From the human T2T-CHM13v2.0 reference genome, Homo sapiens, in the NCBI RefSeq assembly GCF_009914755.1, contig NC_060925.1: a stretch of 64,000 nt of DNA, one strand, 5' to 3'. The translations under genes were made by a program, and so were the position numbers. Below are positions 27,306 to 50,884 of the stretch, piece by piece (positions within the stretch are counted from its first letter, which is position 1; the number at the start of each line of letters is the position of its first letter). The notes beneath the pieces are model-generated. The model had not been told where the DNA came from and made no database searches. It worked only from the letters and a program-made list of their open reading frames with translations.

Positions 27306-27671
27306 TTATTAGTTTGTTCTCATGCTGCTAATAAAGACATATCCAAGACTGGGTCATTTATAAAGAAAAAGAAGTTTAATGGACTAACAGTTCCACATGG
27401 CTGGGGAGGCCTCACAATCATGGCAGGGAGTGAAGGAGGAGCAAACGCACATCTTACATGGCAGCAGCCAAGAGAGAGCATGTGCGGGGGAACTGCCCTT
27501 TATGAAACCGTCAGATCTCATGAGACTTATTCATTATCATGAGAACAGCATGGGAAAAACCCATCTCTGTGATTCAATTACCTCCCACCAGGTCCCTTCC
27601 ATGACATGTGGGGATTATGGGAGCTACAATTCAAGATGAGATTTGGGTGGGGACACAGCCAAACCATATCA
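27306..27671 (-). mobile_element. THE1 solo LTR inserted into a MIR
   Basis: THE1 motifs; 5-bp TSD ctaac; MIR continues 27672-27850. Confidence 0.9.
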
Positions 27672-28394
27672 CTAACATTTATGGAACCTTTAATAACTGC
27701 CTGATAAAGTTCTAACTATTTCACATACATGATATTGTTAAGTCCTCACAAAAACACTGAGTATCAGGCTTTCATCCCCATTTTACAGAAGAGGCAATAA
27801 GGCACAGAGAGGTACAGAAACTTATCCAAAATCACACATCCAGTAAATACATCCATAGATGTGGATTGCCTACGTGAAAACAATGTGTGTCGTGCATCAC
27901 GGCAGATGTAAAAACAAAATAATTTGGCATATATTAGACACCCTTTTGTGCAGAGATTTAGGTGGGCAATTTGCTCATTCACATGTGTTTACATTGCTGC
28001 ATATAAATGATGAATGTTTGCTGGAGGAGGAAGTGGTTCCTCACCAGAGTGCACAACAAAATATACTGAGCAAGTATTTTCAAAATGCACATGCTGAGGT
28101 GCCACTGCAAATCAATGGAACCAGAATCTCCAGCATTTACAAAAACAAACACCTAGTGAGAATGATGCATCTTGATTAGGAACAGCTGGTCTTTTAATAA
28201 TCTTATAGATGTTTGTTTATCCATGTCATCATAATGGTTAACAATCGCCTTTAAAGAAAGCCTTTAATTGAACACAAATAATACATTAATTGGACTAACA
28301 AATCAAACATGTATGTCTTTATACTACCAGGGTAATATGAACGTGTCAACAATGAAATTGTTTTCATTTAATGAATACTTTTTTGATTATTTAG

Positions 28395-28476
28395 TCTGGT
28401 AACTGTCAGCATATCAAAGAAGATGTGAAAAGAAGCACTTTGAAGCTACAAGAACTCCACTGCAGCCTAGGCAGTG
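28395..28476 (+). pseudogene. Putative pseudo-exon (phase 0>1)
   Basis: cttttttgattatttag| ... agtg|gtgaga; open frame SGNCQHIKEDVKRSTLKLQELHCSLGS. Confidence 0.4.
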
Positions 28477-28688
28477 GTGAGATGACAAAAATGTTTGGCC
28501 AAAATAGTTTTGGCAATAAGAGCTTTTCTTAAGTCCAAGTTTATAGTAATAAGTAAGAATATATATAATAATTCCTTATTAAACAGCACAAATTTAAGAT
28601 TACAGTAATTTGGGGTTACAGAATACATTTCCACTATTTATGAAGTAAGAGGCTCTTAAAGGTTTTGGGGCATTCATCTTTAACTCAG

Positions 28689-28826
28689 TTAAAGGTACCA
28701 ATATATTTTGAGTACCACTGATGATATGCAAACCAAGCTTGTTGGGAATGAGTTATTGGCTCATTAAAACAACAATCCGCTGCAAAACATCTGTTTGACA
28801 ATTGGATCTGAGGCTGCTTTGATGTG
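28689..28826 (+). pseudogene. Possible pseudo-exon (frameshifted)
   Basis: catctttaactcag| ... atgtg|gtatat; KGTNI/LSTTDDMQTKLVGNELLAH*NNNPLQNICLTIGSEAALM. Confidence 0.3.
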
Positions 28827-29235
28827 GTATATGAAGTATGCGTTTTAAAATAGTAAAATAGCAGTTGTTTAAAGGTATTCTGTATGTCACACTTCACTCA
28901 TTCACACAGCTTATCCATGACAGTTTTTAATTAATGAAGTTTTTTTTTTTTTTTTTTTTTACCACCCCCCATGATTCCATTACTGAATGTTCAGAATGAA
29001 CTTCAGGACCTCTGCTACTTATAAAGACAAAGAAAAGGGAGAAGAGAGAAGGCCCTAATAAATTTATGCCCACAACATACGTAATTAAGAATTTCAAATG
29101 ACTCCATGGGGCTGGGAGTGCTTTAATTCCCCCATAAACAATGTATATTAACACTGAAAGGTCTTTCTTAATACACATGAAGCCTACCTTTCTCAGGCAA
29201 CCATTAGTATCCCCCAAAACATGAAAAAAGGGTAT

Positions 29236-37664
<8,429 letters not shown>

Positions 37665-37755
37665 TTTGCACTGAAGAGCAAACAAAAACCACAACAATTC
37701 CAGGTAAATGCTTTTAAATTAGAGCAGGTCAACCTAATTGTTTTTTGCTTTTCAG

Positions 37756-37997
37756 ACTGGCAACTCTTGAGAATCTCATAATTTTCCATAAAATCTATAA
37801 ATAAGTATTCCTCTTTCAAAAGGAGTACAGGGCCCCCTCTGCTGGGATCCAGGAACAAGCTAGCAAGGCCTCCAGACAGGGGATTTCCACTGATCCTTTG
37901 TCACTACTGAGCCCAAAAGTGCACGGGCAGCAAGTTACCAAATCGCCTTCCACAAGGTCTACAAACCCATCTGGGACACATGGCAGGGACCAACACG
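37756..37997 (+). pseudogene. Putative pseudo-exon (phase 2>2, one stop, one 1-nt frameshift)
   Basis: ttttttgcttttcag| ... acacg|gtgagt; LATLENLIIFHKIYK*VFLFQKEYRAPSAGIQEQASKASRQGISTD/SFVTTEPKSARAASYQIAFHKVYKPIWDTWQGPT. Confidence 0.55.
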
Positions 37998-38592
37998 GTG
38001 AGTCCGGTGCAAAGATTCAGGCTCTGACACTGGGGGCCCAGGCTGGATGCGAATTACTGGTCTTTTACCATTGGGCTGGTGCCCACTTCTTGAAATAGGT
38101 GAAATAAGTGCTAATCAACTGTCTGCATTTAGATAAAATGGCTTAATTGATAACAAATGTACACATTCCCTGAGCTATCCTTTGTGCTGACCAATGATTT
38201 CTAACAACCTACCAGGTTAAAGCTTATCCAGCATCTAGAACTATAATATCTTCACCCAGTCTCTATGTGCTGAAATGCTATTGTGATCGCCCATATATAC
38301 ACTTGCCATTTATATGTTCATTATAAACCTTTAGCTATTCCATCTTTCTGCATGTATTATTGGTGCTCTAACCTATCTTGTGTTCCAGCTTCTAGACTTC
38401 CCATGTTCCAAGTCCACTTCTGCCGGCAGAATAGAAACCTCGTCAGTTATCACAACTCAGTAAGTCCCAGCACAATGCACTTGCATTGCTCTCATCTATG
38501 GGGTCCCTCACTGTGTCCTGGAGAGAAATGAAGCTTTTATCATGAGAATTTTTCTTCACAAATCCATCATAAGGCTGTATTTTTCTTCCTAG

Positions 38593-38703
38593 GTGCTTTC
38601 CAATGACTACTCTGGTGCTGACTTTCCCAGGCTATTTTCAAAGCATAGGTTTTCAGGAAGACAAGATGGTGTTGTTGCAATGATTCTGTCGAGAGAGAAG
38701 GAT
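38593..38703 (+). pseudogene. Putative pseudo-exon, 3' boundary uncertain
   Basis: tattttttcttcctag-like acceptor; phase-2 frame CFPMTTLVLTFPGYFQSIGFQEDKMVLLQ*FCRERR. Confidence 0.4.
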
Positions 38704-38925
38704 GTTTGTATTATGCTGCCAGCTACAAATGCGTTAATTAACACTCAAATCACAATGTAGTCTCCACAGAATCCCAAGCTGCTGCCATGTTGCAGAATCT
38801 GTGTTATTATAGAATGAAACAAAAATGATGATTGACTTTAGAAAATAAGTACTACATTTCACCCTATCAAGAAGCCACTGATCCCTCCATATGTCTAGAA
38901 AGGACATAAACATGTTATATTTCAG

Positions 38926-39179
38926 GAAAATGGCTGGCTTTGTGTCTTTACATTCTACTCCAGTGCAAAGATACTTTGCTGTGGGACGGAAAACAATTTG
39001 AAGCTAATTATCAGAGTCCTCTTCAACACTGCAGTGTATCCAGAAATTACCCAGGGAACACGTAGACGGTTGCCAAGGGGGAGCTGAATATTCAGGGAAC
39101 CCTGAAGAGAATATTTGAATTGTTATATCCAGTTGTTCATCTACTTGTTTTATGTAATTGCATGAGCAATCACTTGCAG
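38926..39179 (+). pseudogene. Putative pseudo-exon (phase 1>0, one stop)
   Basis: gttatatttcag| ... ttgcag|gtgagc; KWLALCLYILLQCKDTLLWDGKQFEANYQSPLQHCSVSRNYPGNT*TVAKGELNIQGTLKRIFELLYPVVHLLVLCNCMSNHLQ. Confidence 0.6.
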
Positions 39180-39357
39180 GTGAGCCACTCATGCAGAGCA
39201 ATGTGGGAGGTGATAGAGTGGCATGAGTGGGGCAATTACCTTCTCTCCTGGAGACTTTTATGGTGTAGATTTCTTGTGCCCCCAATCAAAACATTCCAAA
39301 CCCTAGGGAAGCATCAGGACAGACCCTTAGCAAAATATCCCGTTATTTTCAACAAGG

Positions 39358-39570
39358 CAGTGAAATAATGAGGGCAAGGGGAGCAGACGGAGCATTCTGT
39401 TCTAGGGCAATCAAAGGAGGCCTTGTCTGCAGGGAATTTAAAAATAAATTCCAAAAGCTCTGTTGGTTTATCTGGTACCAGCAATTCTAAACAATGTCAG
39501 TGATTAAAGACTCTTTTGATAGGCAGAGGACTCGATTTCTTCCCACCCCTATTCTCTCAGTCCCTCACTG
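39358..39570. mobile_element. MER97-like hAT MITE remnant
   Basis: cagtg...cactg ends; gcaattctaaacaatgtcagtgat core. Confidence 0.5.
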
Positions 39571-39680
39571 TCAGCCACTGCTGTGCTGCTGTGAAGATAT
39601 TCAATGCTGTGTTACCCTTGTCTTCTTTGGATTTATCTGAGCCTGTGCTGCCCTGGGCTGTGGTTTCTAACCAGAGATCA

Positions 39681-40085
<405 letters not shown>

Positions 40086-40671
40086 TCAAATATCATCACA
40101 CTTTCAGTGCACACTCACTAAAATCTCGAGTGCTTTTGCTTTTAGTTTATTTAAACATAGCAGGGTAATGCTTATGCAGGGTAGTGAGTGGTACACACAG
40201 GCGTTGGGATCAGGCTGACCAAGGTGGGGTCCTGGCTGTGTCACCGACCAGATGTAAGCCCTGGGAAACTAGGGCACTCATTGTGAGATGTGGATATTCC
40301 TATATTTCAGCCTACCTTACAAAGAGCTAGAAGAGGGCTAGAGAAAATATGTGTAAAATATCAATATAGGGCTGAAGACACAGGAAATGCTCAATACATT
40401 GTAGCTTTTATTACATACTGACCAGAAATTATTATTGAAACTTATTTCAATAGTTGTATATATATGCATATATATCAATATATGTTTAATAATAGAATAT
40501 CCTAGTAGGTTTCCATTTCCCTCCCTGTGGTATCAATGAAGAGAGGTGTGTTGAGTAATGATAGTGCCAAGCTATATTAGTTCCTTAAAAAATTGAATTA
40601 GAAAAAAAAATCAAAATATAAGGTCCATAGGGAAGATAACAATATTTTTGCTAGAGAAAGATGTTCTAAAA

Positions 40672-41187
<516 letters not shown>

Positions 41188-41197
41188 TGCTAGAAGT

Positions 41198-41370
41198 CAG
41201 TGCTTCTAGACTTTAACATGCACACAAATCACCTGGGGTGATTTGAATTATTAAAATTTATCCTCTCATTCAATAGGTCGGAGGTAGGGCATGAGAATTC
41301 TGCATTTCTAACAAGCTCTCAAATGATGCCAATACTGCTGGTCTGCAGATCACACTTGCAGTAGCAAGGC
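41198..41370. mobile_element. MER5-family MITE
   Basis: aaatcacctgggg...ttctgcatttctaacaagctc. Confidence 0.75.
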
Positions 41371-41376
41371 GATGGG

Positions 41377-41637
41377 CCTGCTCTGTCTGATACAGTAGTG
41401 AAAAGCCACATGTAGCTATTGAACACTTAAAATGTGGCTAGACCCAATGGACAAATGTTTATATGTGTAAAATATACACTGGATTTAGGAGACTTAGTAT
41501 CAATAATGTAAAATATATCGATAATTTTTAATATTGATGTGTTGGGTTAAATATTTTTTGGCTTTAAATTTTTTTTAACATGCAGAAGACTTAGCATAAC
41601 ATACATGGTCTCATTATATTTCTGTTGGATAGCACTG
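41377..41637. mobile_element. MER33/MER3 hAT MITE
   Basis: agccacatgtagctattgaacacttaaaatgtggctag ... ttggatagcactg. Confidence 0.75.
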
Positions 41638-41751
41638 CTGTAGAGAACATTAAACATCCTCTGCCTCCTGAGCCCAACACTATTCTCGAAGCAGCTCCAA
41701 TGAAGGGCTTTAAAGTACCACTGACTGCTTGTAAAAATGTCTCTTCAATGG

Positions 41752-42005
41752 TTTTTTTTTGTTTTGTTTTGTTTTGAGACAGAGTCTCACTCTGTCACCA
41801 GGCTGTAGTGCAGTGGCGAGATCTCGGCTCACTGCAACCACCTCCATCTCCCAGGTTCAAGTGATTTCTGGGACTCCAGGCACTCACCACCATGCCTAGC
41901 TAATTTTTGTATTTTTAGTAGAGATGGGGTTTCACCATGTTGGCCAGGACGGTCTCGATCTCTTGACCTCATGATCCACCTGCCCTGACCTCCCAAAGTG
42001 CTGGG
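41752..42005 (-). mobile_element. AluS (partial)
   Basis: Antisense Alu motifs. Confidence 0.9.
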
Positions 42006-42257
42006 AAAATACTTCTTTCATTAAATCAAAAATCTTCAGTGGTCCTTCACTGTAGAAAAGATAAACCTCAAACTTTTAAATTTAGCATCCCAGGCCACCC
42101 ACAGTCTATACAATCTTCTTTGCCAATGTACATATAGTTGCTTCCCTAAAGACAGAGCTTGAAAGTATTTGCTGTTTGATTAATGATGATTCTGATCCAT
42201 ATTTTAAAGGGAGAACTCAGTTGGCCTTGCCTGACATCTGCCTCTCCTCTCACGCAG

Positions 42258-42348
42258 TTGTTCCCTGTAGATCTGGAAGCCCTGCAGCTCTGGGAGCTAG
42301 TGAATCCTCTCCCAGTGGCAAATAACTCACAACTGCTCTGTCATTCAG
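42258..42348 (+). pseudogene. Putative pseudo-exon (phase 0>1, open)
   Basis: ctgcctctcctctcacgcag| ... tcag|gttaaa; LFPVDLEALQLWELVNPLPVANNSQLLCHS. Confidence 0.55.
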
Positions 42349-42655
42349 GTTAAACTCAACAAGTAAAACTTTCTGATACTTGGCCATGGGTATCCCTAAG
42401 ACACCAAAGAAATTTTTTTTTAGTTTCTCCAGAGGCATTCGCCAAATTGGTGTGAGTTTTAAGTGGTTTTGAAAAAACTATTCTGAAATTATTTATACCT
42501 ACCTCTATCTCTGTCTCTATCTGTATCATGTCCAGGGCTTATTCCCTACCTTTCCTTGCACCCCTTGATTACATGTCATCTTCACTTTGTGATGGTCTTT
42601 GTTCCCAAATTCCCAAATACAATCAAGGGCAAATAGAAAACCAGCTATAGCACTG

Positions 42656-42978
<323 letters not shown>

Positions 42979-43620
42979 TCATAGTACCATCTAAAGAAAA
43001 GGAATGGTGGAGGTTTGAGTTCATGTTACTGTAACTTAGGTAAGAAACAACAGCAAAAGGAAAGTGGAATATTGATATAATTTCCACTAACTCCATCCCT
43101 AACTCAAGTATTCATTTCAAAACATCATTTGTAATCTCAACAAAGCTCTTACTCAAAATTATGAGCCTAGTAACATGTTATGTGTGTGTTTGGGTTATCT
43201 TAATCTTGCTTTATTAAAAGTATGATTTCTCCCACAGGCTTCTGAGGATGAGTTCAGACCCACCAGTTCTAGAGCAAATATATATCTTTTAAAATTTTAA
43301 TAAGTATTGCTGGTGATAAATGGTAGCATGCTTTGCTTTACTATAGTTTGAGTATCTTATTAAGACATCATTCCTTGTTAAATATTTGTAATGTTATCCA
43401 ATGACTGTCAAATATTATCAAGTGGGCTGTCTCTCAACTGGCCCTGTATAATCAAATCATCCCAGCCCCACATGGCTACCATAATGTATAATGCTTTATT
43501 TGTCAAATGCAATGAGAACCCACCGCCGGTCATGGTGCTTCCAAAAAGAGGAAATAAAGAGAGTAAGGGGAAAAGCAATTATTAGTACATCAGACTAGTT
43601 GGACTAGCTGAACTCGAAGG

Positions 43621-44455
43621 CAGAGGTTCTCAAATTTTCTTGGATCACAGTACCCTTCGTGTCTCAATTATTGTTTCATGACATCCCTAAGCCAAAACAA
43701 ACACCTAGGCCGGGCGCGGTGGCTCACGCCTGTAATCCCAGCACTTTGGGAGGCCGAGGCAGGTGGATCATGAGGTCAGGAGATCCAGACCATCTTGGCT
43801 AACACGGTGAAACCCGTCTCTACTAAAAATACAAAAAATTAGGCAGGCGTGGTGGCGGGCCCCTGTAGTCCCAGCTACTGGGGAGGTCTGAGGCAGTAGA
43901 ATGGCGTGAACCCGGGAGGCGGAGCTCGCAGTGAGCAGAGATCGCGCCACTGCACTCCAGCCTGGGCGACAGAGCGAGACTCCGTCTCAAAATAAATAAA
44001 TAAATAAAAATAAATAAAAGAAACACCTAAGTTTGATTGTTTATGTAGTTAGGTCCAAATGACTTCATATTTATTTATATCCTAACAACTTTGTAGCTGT
44101 TTGAAAAAAGTTGTACGCATTAATTTTTCATTCCCACAGTTACGCACTAATGGGATGTGTGGACCTGTTCAGCACTGCACAGCTTTTCAAACCTTGGAAT
44201 CGATTGCAAAGTGCTTCATTTCTTGTTCTACAAAGAGTTTTGCCTAACCCCTGCTTTCTGTTACAGCAAACACCAAAATCCTAGTTTCGCCATGAACACT
44301 GAAATTATGAACTACTTCAAAATAATAGCTTCCGTGGTGACCAGAGCAACAAATTTTACTAGGTTTGCCTTGAAGATTTGAAATATCCACAGCACCTACG
44401 TGAATTTGCTGTGGTGCCCCAGGCTCTACCTCACTGCACAGTTTGGAAACCACAG
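43621..44455. mobile_element. MER119-like hAT-Charlie element split by AluY (43708-44020)
   Basis: cagaggttctcaaatttt ... gcacagtttggaaaccacag; Alu TSD aaacaccta. Confidence 0.8.
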
Positions 44456-44469
44456 CTTTCAGTTGTCTT

Positions 44470-44762
44470 CTTTTTTTAAAATTATTTTTATTTTTTGAGA
44501 TGGAGTCTTGCTCTGTCAACCAGGCTGGAGTGCAGTGGCGCGATCTCCACCTGCTGGGTTCAAGCAATTCTTGTGCCTCAGCCTTCCAAGTAGCTGGGGT
44601 TACAGGAGCCCACCGCAACGCCTGGTTAATTTTTGTATTTTTAGTAGAGACTGGGTTTTGCCCTGTCGGCCAGGCTAGTCTCGAACTCCTGTCCTCAAGT
44701 GATCCACCCACCTCAGCCTCCCAAAGTGCTGGGATTACAATGTGAGCTACCGTGCCCAGCCT
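44470..44762 (-). mobile_element. AluS
   Basis: TSD tcagttgtcttct. Confidence 0.95.
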
Positions 44763-44946
44763 CAGTTGTCTTCTGACTCTGAGAAGTTAAGATTCAACTG
44801 ATTTTTAAACTTGAGGTTTGAAATTCCTTACTATCCACTTTTGGGACCCACTGCACTATCAGAGAAAAGCAAGAGTATCAGAAACACAGGTGACTGTGGA
44901 TGGAAGAGCAGTAAGCAGTTGAAGTACTTTGCTGTTTTTCCCGTAG

Positions 44947-45107
44947 GGGAGGACAAATGGATTCCTGAGGTGCAGGGCAATCAACAGATGAGATCCAAGA
45001 GTCAGAACCCTGGAATGGACCACCAGAACTTTCCCATGGAGCCCCAGGACTTCTTCCCCCAATTCCTGCTGTTTCTCCTCCTCCCTGTAGCAGGCTTCTT
45101 AAAGCAG
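44947..45107 (+). pseudogene. Putative pseudo-exon (phase 1>0, open)
   Basis: tttgctgtttttcccgtag| ... aagcag|gtagtt; GEDKWIPEVQGNQQMRSKSQNPGMDHQNFPMEPQDFFPQFLLFLLLPVAGFLKQ. Confidence 0.55.
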
Positions 45108-45930
45108 GTAGTTTGACCTGCTGAGCATCACATTGCATAAAACAATGCCGGAAGACTTGAGCAATGGTGACTTACCAAGACAGCTGGCTGCCTATGTTTA
45201 TGGCATTTGGAATCCACCGGGAACACATACATTTGTCACAGTGTGTTCCCGAAATAAATGAGGCTGTCTCCCAACTGGCCCCATATAATCAACGCAGCCC
45301 AGCCCCACATAGCTACTCCAATGAATAATGCTTTGTTTGCCAAATGCAATGGGAACCTACCACAGGCCAGGGTGCTTCCAACAACAACAACAACAAGAAA
45401 CTAAAGACAGTAAGGGAGAAAGAGTGGGTATAAGCACTTATCAATACATCAGACTGGAAACTCCTAGAATGGAATTATTAGATGCATGTATTATTTGGGA
45501 GCATTATGACCAGGAATATTAATAAAACTGTGAATAGTATGTATTCTTTTCATAATTTTGACTTAGGGAAGAGGGCAAAAAAATAACTGTAGCTAGTTTT
45601 AGACATCCATAAACAAAATTCTGTATTACTTTCAGGTAAGACAAGAGCAATGACAACACAGCACCACAAGCCTTGCCTGGGGTAGAGAGATATTATACAA
45701 GGGAAACTGTTTATTTGTTAGAGAATCATACTCATAATTCCCTTAAGAGTCTCTTAATTAATTCCCCTAATTAGAACTTTAATGGGTCTCCCTTTTCATT
45801 TTCTAACATCTTACACTGGCTACATCATTGAAATAGAATGAAAAGAATAAACCTCTCTGCTATTTTTTTTTAAGGTTGGCATTTTAAATTTGACATGAGA
45901 GTCTTTTACTATATTTTTTTTCTTGGACAG

Positions 45931-46058
45931 GATGAAAAAGCCTCACAGCTTGCGGTGTTGACAGTATTCTAGAAGACCCTACACCCCTGTGGCTTCTCGA
46001 TGACTAATGTGGAGCCAGCATCTGTCAGCACAAACTCAGAGTGATTACCCAGAAATAG
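45931..46058 (+). pseudogene. Putative pseudo-exon (phase 0>2, two stops)
   Basis: T-tract tcttggacag| ... aatag|gtgctt; DEKASQLAVLTVF*KTLHPCGFSMTNVEPASVSTNSE*LPRN. Confidence 0.5.
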
Positions 46059-46172
46059 GTGCTTGGCAACAATCCCAATTCATTACCCATGTCCTAGCCC
46101 AGAGTGTGGAGGAAAAGTGATACCATCAATTTCTTGGCAATTATCCCATGACGGATCATTCAAGTATTTTAA

Positions 46173-46583
<411 letters not shown>

Positions 46584-47140
46584 TAAGGAATATATTTTTT
46601 TTAAAGTTTCTTTAAAAAAAGGTATAGTCACTGGCCTTCCCAAAAAATGTTGAGAAATGAGAAACTATGCAGTTAAAACAAAGAGCAAAAGAGAGGTAAA
46701 TGAGAGATACTGTATTTCAAGAATTTTCAAGAGAAAAAAAACAACTAGTGATTGACAAGCTATTAGTCTCTTCTATATTTTCTCATTCAATTTAATGTAA
46801 TCTTCACAAAAGCCCCATAAGACAGTATAGTATAATCAACATTTTGCAGATGAAGAAACTAGGCTTTCAAAGATTATGCAGTTTAGTCATGGACGCAAAG
46901 GAATCTGAACTCATGGTTTTCTGATTCTAAAATCTATCCTATGTCCACATATACCTGAGGCAAATAAGCAAACAAACACCTCATCCACTTATTAAAATGA
47001 AGGCTTTAAGGAGGAGATAACATTCATCGTGAGATAGGTAGCTTCTTAAATTTTCAATTTTTCACTGATATAAAAGTAATACATGCATATTATCCTAGCA
47101 TCAAAGGAGATTAAAATCAAATCTGAAATTAATCTTACAG

Positions 47141-47239
47141 GCATATCCACTATGGCAAACTCTGCCTATTGGTTGATCCAGCATCTGGCCACAACCCCTT
47201 CTCTCTAGCCAGAGACGGTCAGGTGGCAGCCAGTGAAAT
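47141..47239 (+). pseudogene. Putative pseudo-exon (phase 2>2, open)
   Basis: aattaatcttacag| ... gaaat|gtaaga; HIHYGKLCLLVDPASGHNPFSLARDGQVAASE. Confidence 0.5.
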
Positions 47240-47249
47240 GTAAGAGAAG

Positions 47250-47580
47250 TGCCTAGGGGACCCCCATTCCTCAATAGAGTCAAAGTCTCAGCAGGAAAAA
47301 TTGCTGTGTCTTCTCCCTCTTGTATCATTATCCTTCTCACTGCCTGCTACCTGGAACACAGATGAGAGACCTATGGGGTTTTCAGCCCCCTTTTGACCAT
47401 GAGGCAACCAACATGAGGATAAAGGCAGAAAGACCCAGGGTCCTTGGTCGTTTCCTTGAGTCATCATAGCAGTCCTGAGCTGTTTACCCACTTCCTGTTG
47501 CATAAAACAACCAAACTGATATAATTAAGCCATTGTTCATTTTTGTTGTGTGCACTTGTGCATATTCATAACTGATATAT
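47250..47580 (+). mobile_element. Old MLT1 (J/K-like) LTR remnant
   Basis: gaccatgaggcaaccaacatgagg ... ttaagccattg ... taactgatata. Confidence 0.55.
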
Positions 47581-47829
47581 GCACTATGAATATGCATATA
47601 TTAATATACAAATATATAAATAAAAATCTATATGCAGATAGAATTTTGGAACTTGCATTTTTCATTAAATATTTCTGGAAGGCATATTTAATGCCTGCAT
47701 CATGTTTCATTAAGTGCACGTAGAATAATTTTACCATTCTATTGTTAGATTCACAGGCTGTTCCCTTTTCTTTCCTTTTTAGCCATTATAAATAAATCTC
47801 CAGACATATGTCACTGTTTAAATCTCTGA

Positions 47830-48650
47830 GCACGTAATGGGTAGAAATGTCACCAGGCAGTATGAGAGGGGAAAGAATTCCATGTAAAGAGAGGAGTATG
47901 TGCAAAGACGTAAGAGATGAAATATGAATCTTGCCCAGAAAATAGGTAGAAATGTTATTTTGCTGGTGTACGGGGCCACAAAAGTTACAGTTAGAAATAC
48001 AGATAGGAGTGAAACTGAGGAGAGCTTTGAATGTCACGCTGAAGAGTCACTAGAGGTTTCTGAGTGCTAGAGGGGTATGAGAAATTGAGGAACCTGAATG
48101 TGTGTGTGGAGTTCATGATTAACAAGGAGGGACTAGAAGCAGACAGACGTCATTAGGGGTGAATCAGTCCCAGAGTAGAGCACTGGGGGCACTCCCTAGG
48201 ACACATATAAGTGGAAAGAGGACTAGAATTATGGGATGCAAAGTGAAGACTAAATATTCATCAGTTAGAAATCAACTGGATCACAGAGCGGCAAGAGGGA
48301 GGGCGGGAGAGAGAAGTTAAAGAGTTTTGAGATGAAGTGGCTGAAGAACAGAGTCAACTAACATCAATAGTAAATTAGGGAAGAAGCTATGAGGATAGGG
48401 GAAAGGGAGAAATTGCAGCCATGTTATTTTTAAGACAGAGATAAGGTTTCCCCATGAGTGTGCAGAAGGTAGAAGTTTGTGTCTGCAAATCAAATATCGA
48501 GTTGGGAAAGAACTTGGGCAAAGAGATAATGGATAAGACATCATTGGCACAGAGATAAGATTTGAAGTGGAGGCACTGGTGTGATGGTCCACATAAAATC
48601 GAAAGGAAAGAGAAGACTGTGACACAGAACCTAGAAAGCAGCTGCAGTTA
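47830..48650 (+). mobile_element. L2 remnants
   Basis: Purine-rich degenerate L2 ORF2/3' motifs. Confidence 0.5.
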
Positions 48651-48775
48651 GGAGGACTCCTGTACACTGTGGGCCACAGCTGGGTGGTCTCCGAGGATGA
48701 CGAGTGATGGAAACCTGCAGAATGCAATCGCTTAAAGGCAACTATGGTTCACCGTGTAAATAGTATTTAGCTATT

Positions 48776-48884
48776 TTGAGAACTTGTTTGGAGTTTCTAG
48801 TAGGGGAGTGCAGCTACTCATACACCCTTGAATGAAGAACGGTCCTTCTCCGTTGCAGAAGGTTGTCCTCTTCAATTGAGTGTA
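48776..48884 (-). pseudogene. 7SK snRNA (RN7SK) retrocopy fragment
   Basis: Reverse complement matches the central part of 7SK (ttgagaacttgtttggagtttctagtaggggagtgcagctactcatacacccttga...gtcctcttc); TSD ttagctat(t/c)ttga. Confidence 0.85.
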
Positions 48885-49258
48885 TATTAGCTATCTTGAT
48901 ATGGTGTTGCAGAAGTACTTCGTAATTCACACAGATTGAAGGTGCCAATTTCAATTATGAAAAGTTGCAAACTAACTACACTTTTGCGACTCTCAAGCAC
49001 ACAGACACACAGAAACTGGTTGTAGAGTATTTCCAAATAGACATCTTGGCTAGGGACCTAGAATTATATGCTTTAAACAAACAAACAAACAAAAAGAGAT
49101 ACTGGTTAGATTGTCATATGAAAAGAGAAGTGTCCTTTAAAATCAAAAGCATGAATTTGCAACAATAAAAAGAGAAGGGAGCATAACTGGTTTGACATAG
49201 TCTGTGGTAAGCAGGCAGCAAAGGACAGAGCATGTGGCTTTAGAATTTCAAGGCTCTG

Positions 49259-50080
<822 letters not shown>

Positions 50081-50093
50081 AAGATTCAATTGA

Positions 50094-50539
<446 letters not shown>

Positions 50540-50693
50540 CATTGCAGGACTCCTTATGGACGAGGTGCTCCTCAGGGATGTGACTATCGTGTATTCTTCA
50601 TGCTAGCACAAAGCAGAGTCCTCCGCATCACAAACACTCATTCAACATATGGGCCCTCGATGGAAACTTCCAGTTATCCATTTAAAAAATTAA

Positions 50694-50850
50694 GGCCAGG
50701 TGCAGTGGCTCACAGCTGTAACATCAGCACTTTGGGGGGCCGAGGTAGGGGGATCGCTTGAGCCCAGGAGTTGGAGATCAGGCTGGGCAACATGGCAAAA
50801 CCTCATCTCTTAAAAAAATTAAAACAAACAAACAAAAAAAAAATAGAAAA
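50694..50850 (+). mobile_element. FLAM/Alu left monomer
   Basis: Single monomer plus A tail. Confidence 0.85.
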
Positions 50851-50884
50851 ATCCCATACAAGATGGCTATGTCTATTGTTACAG

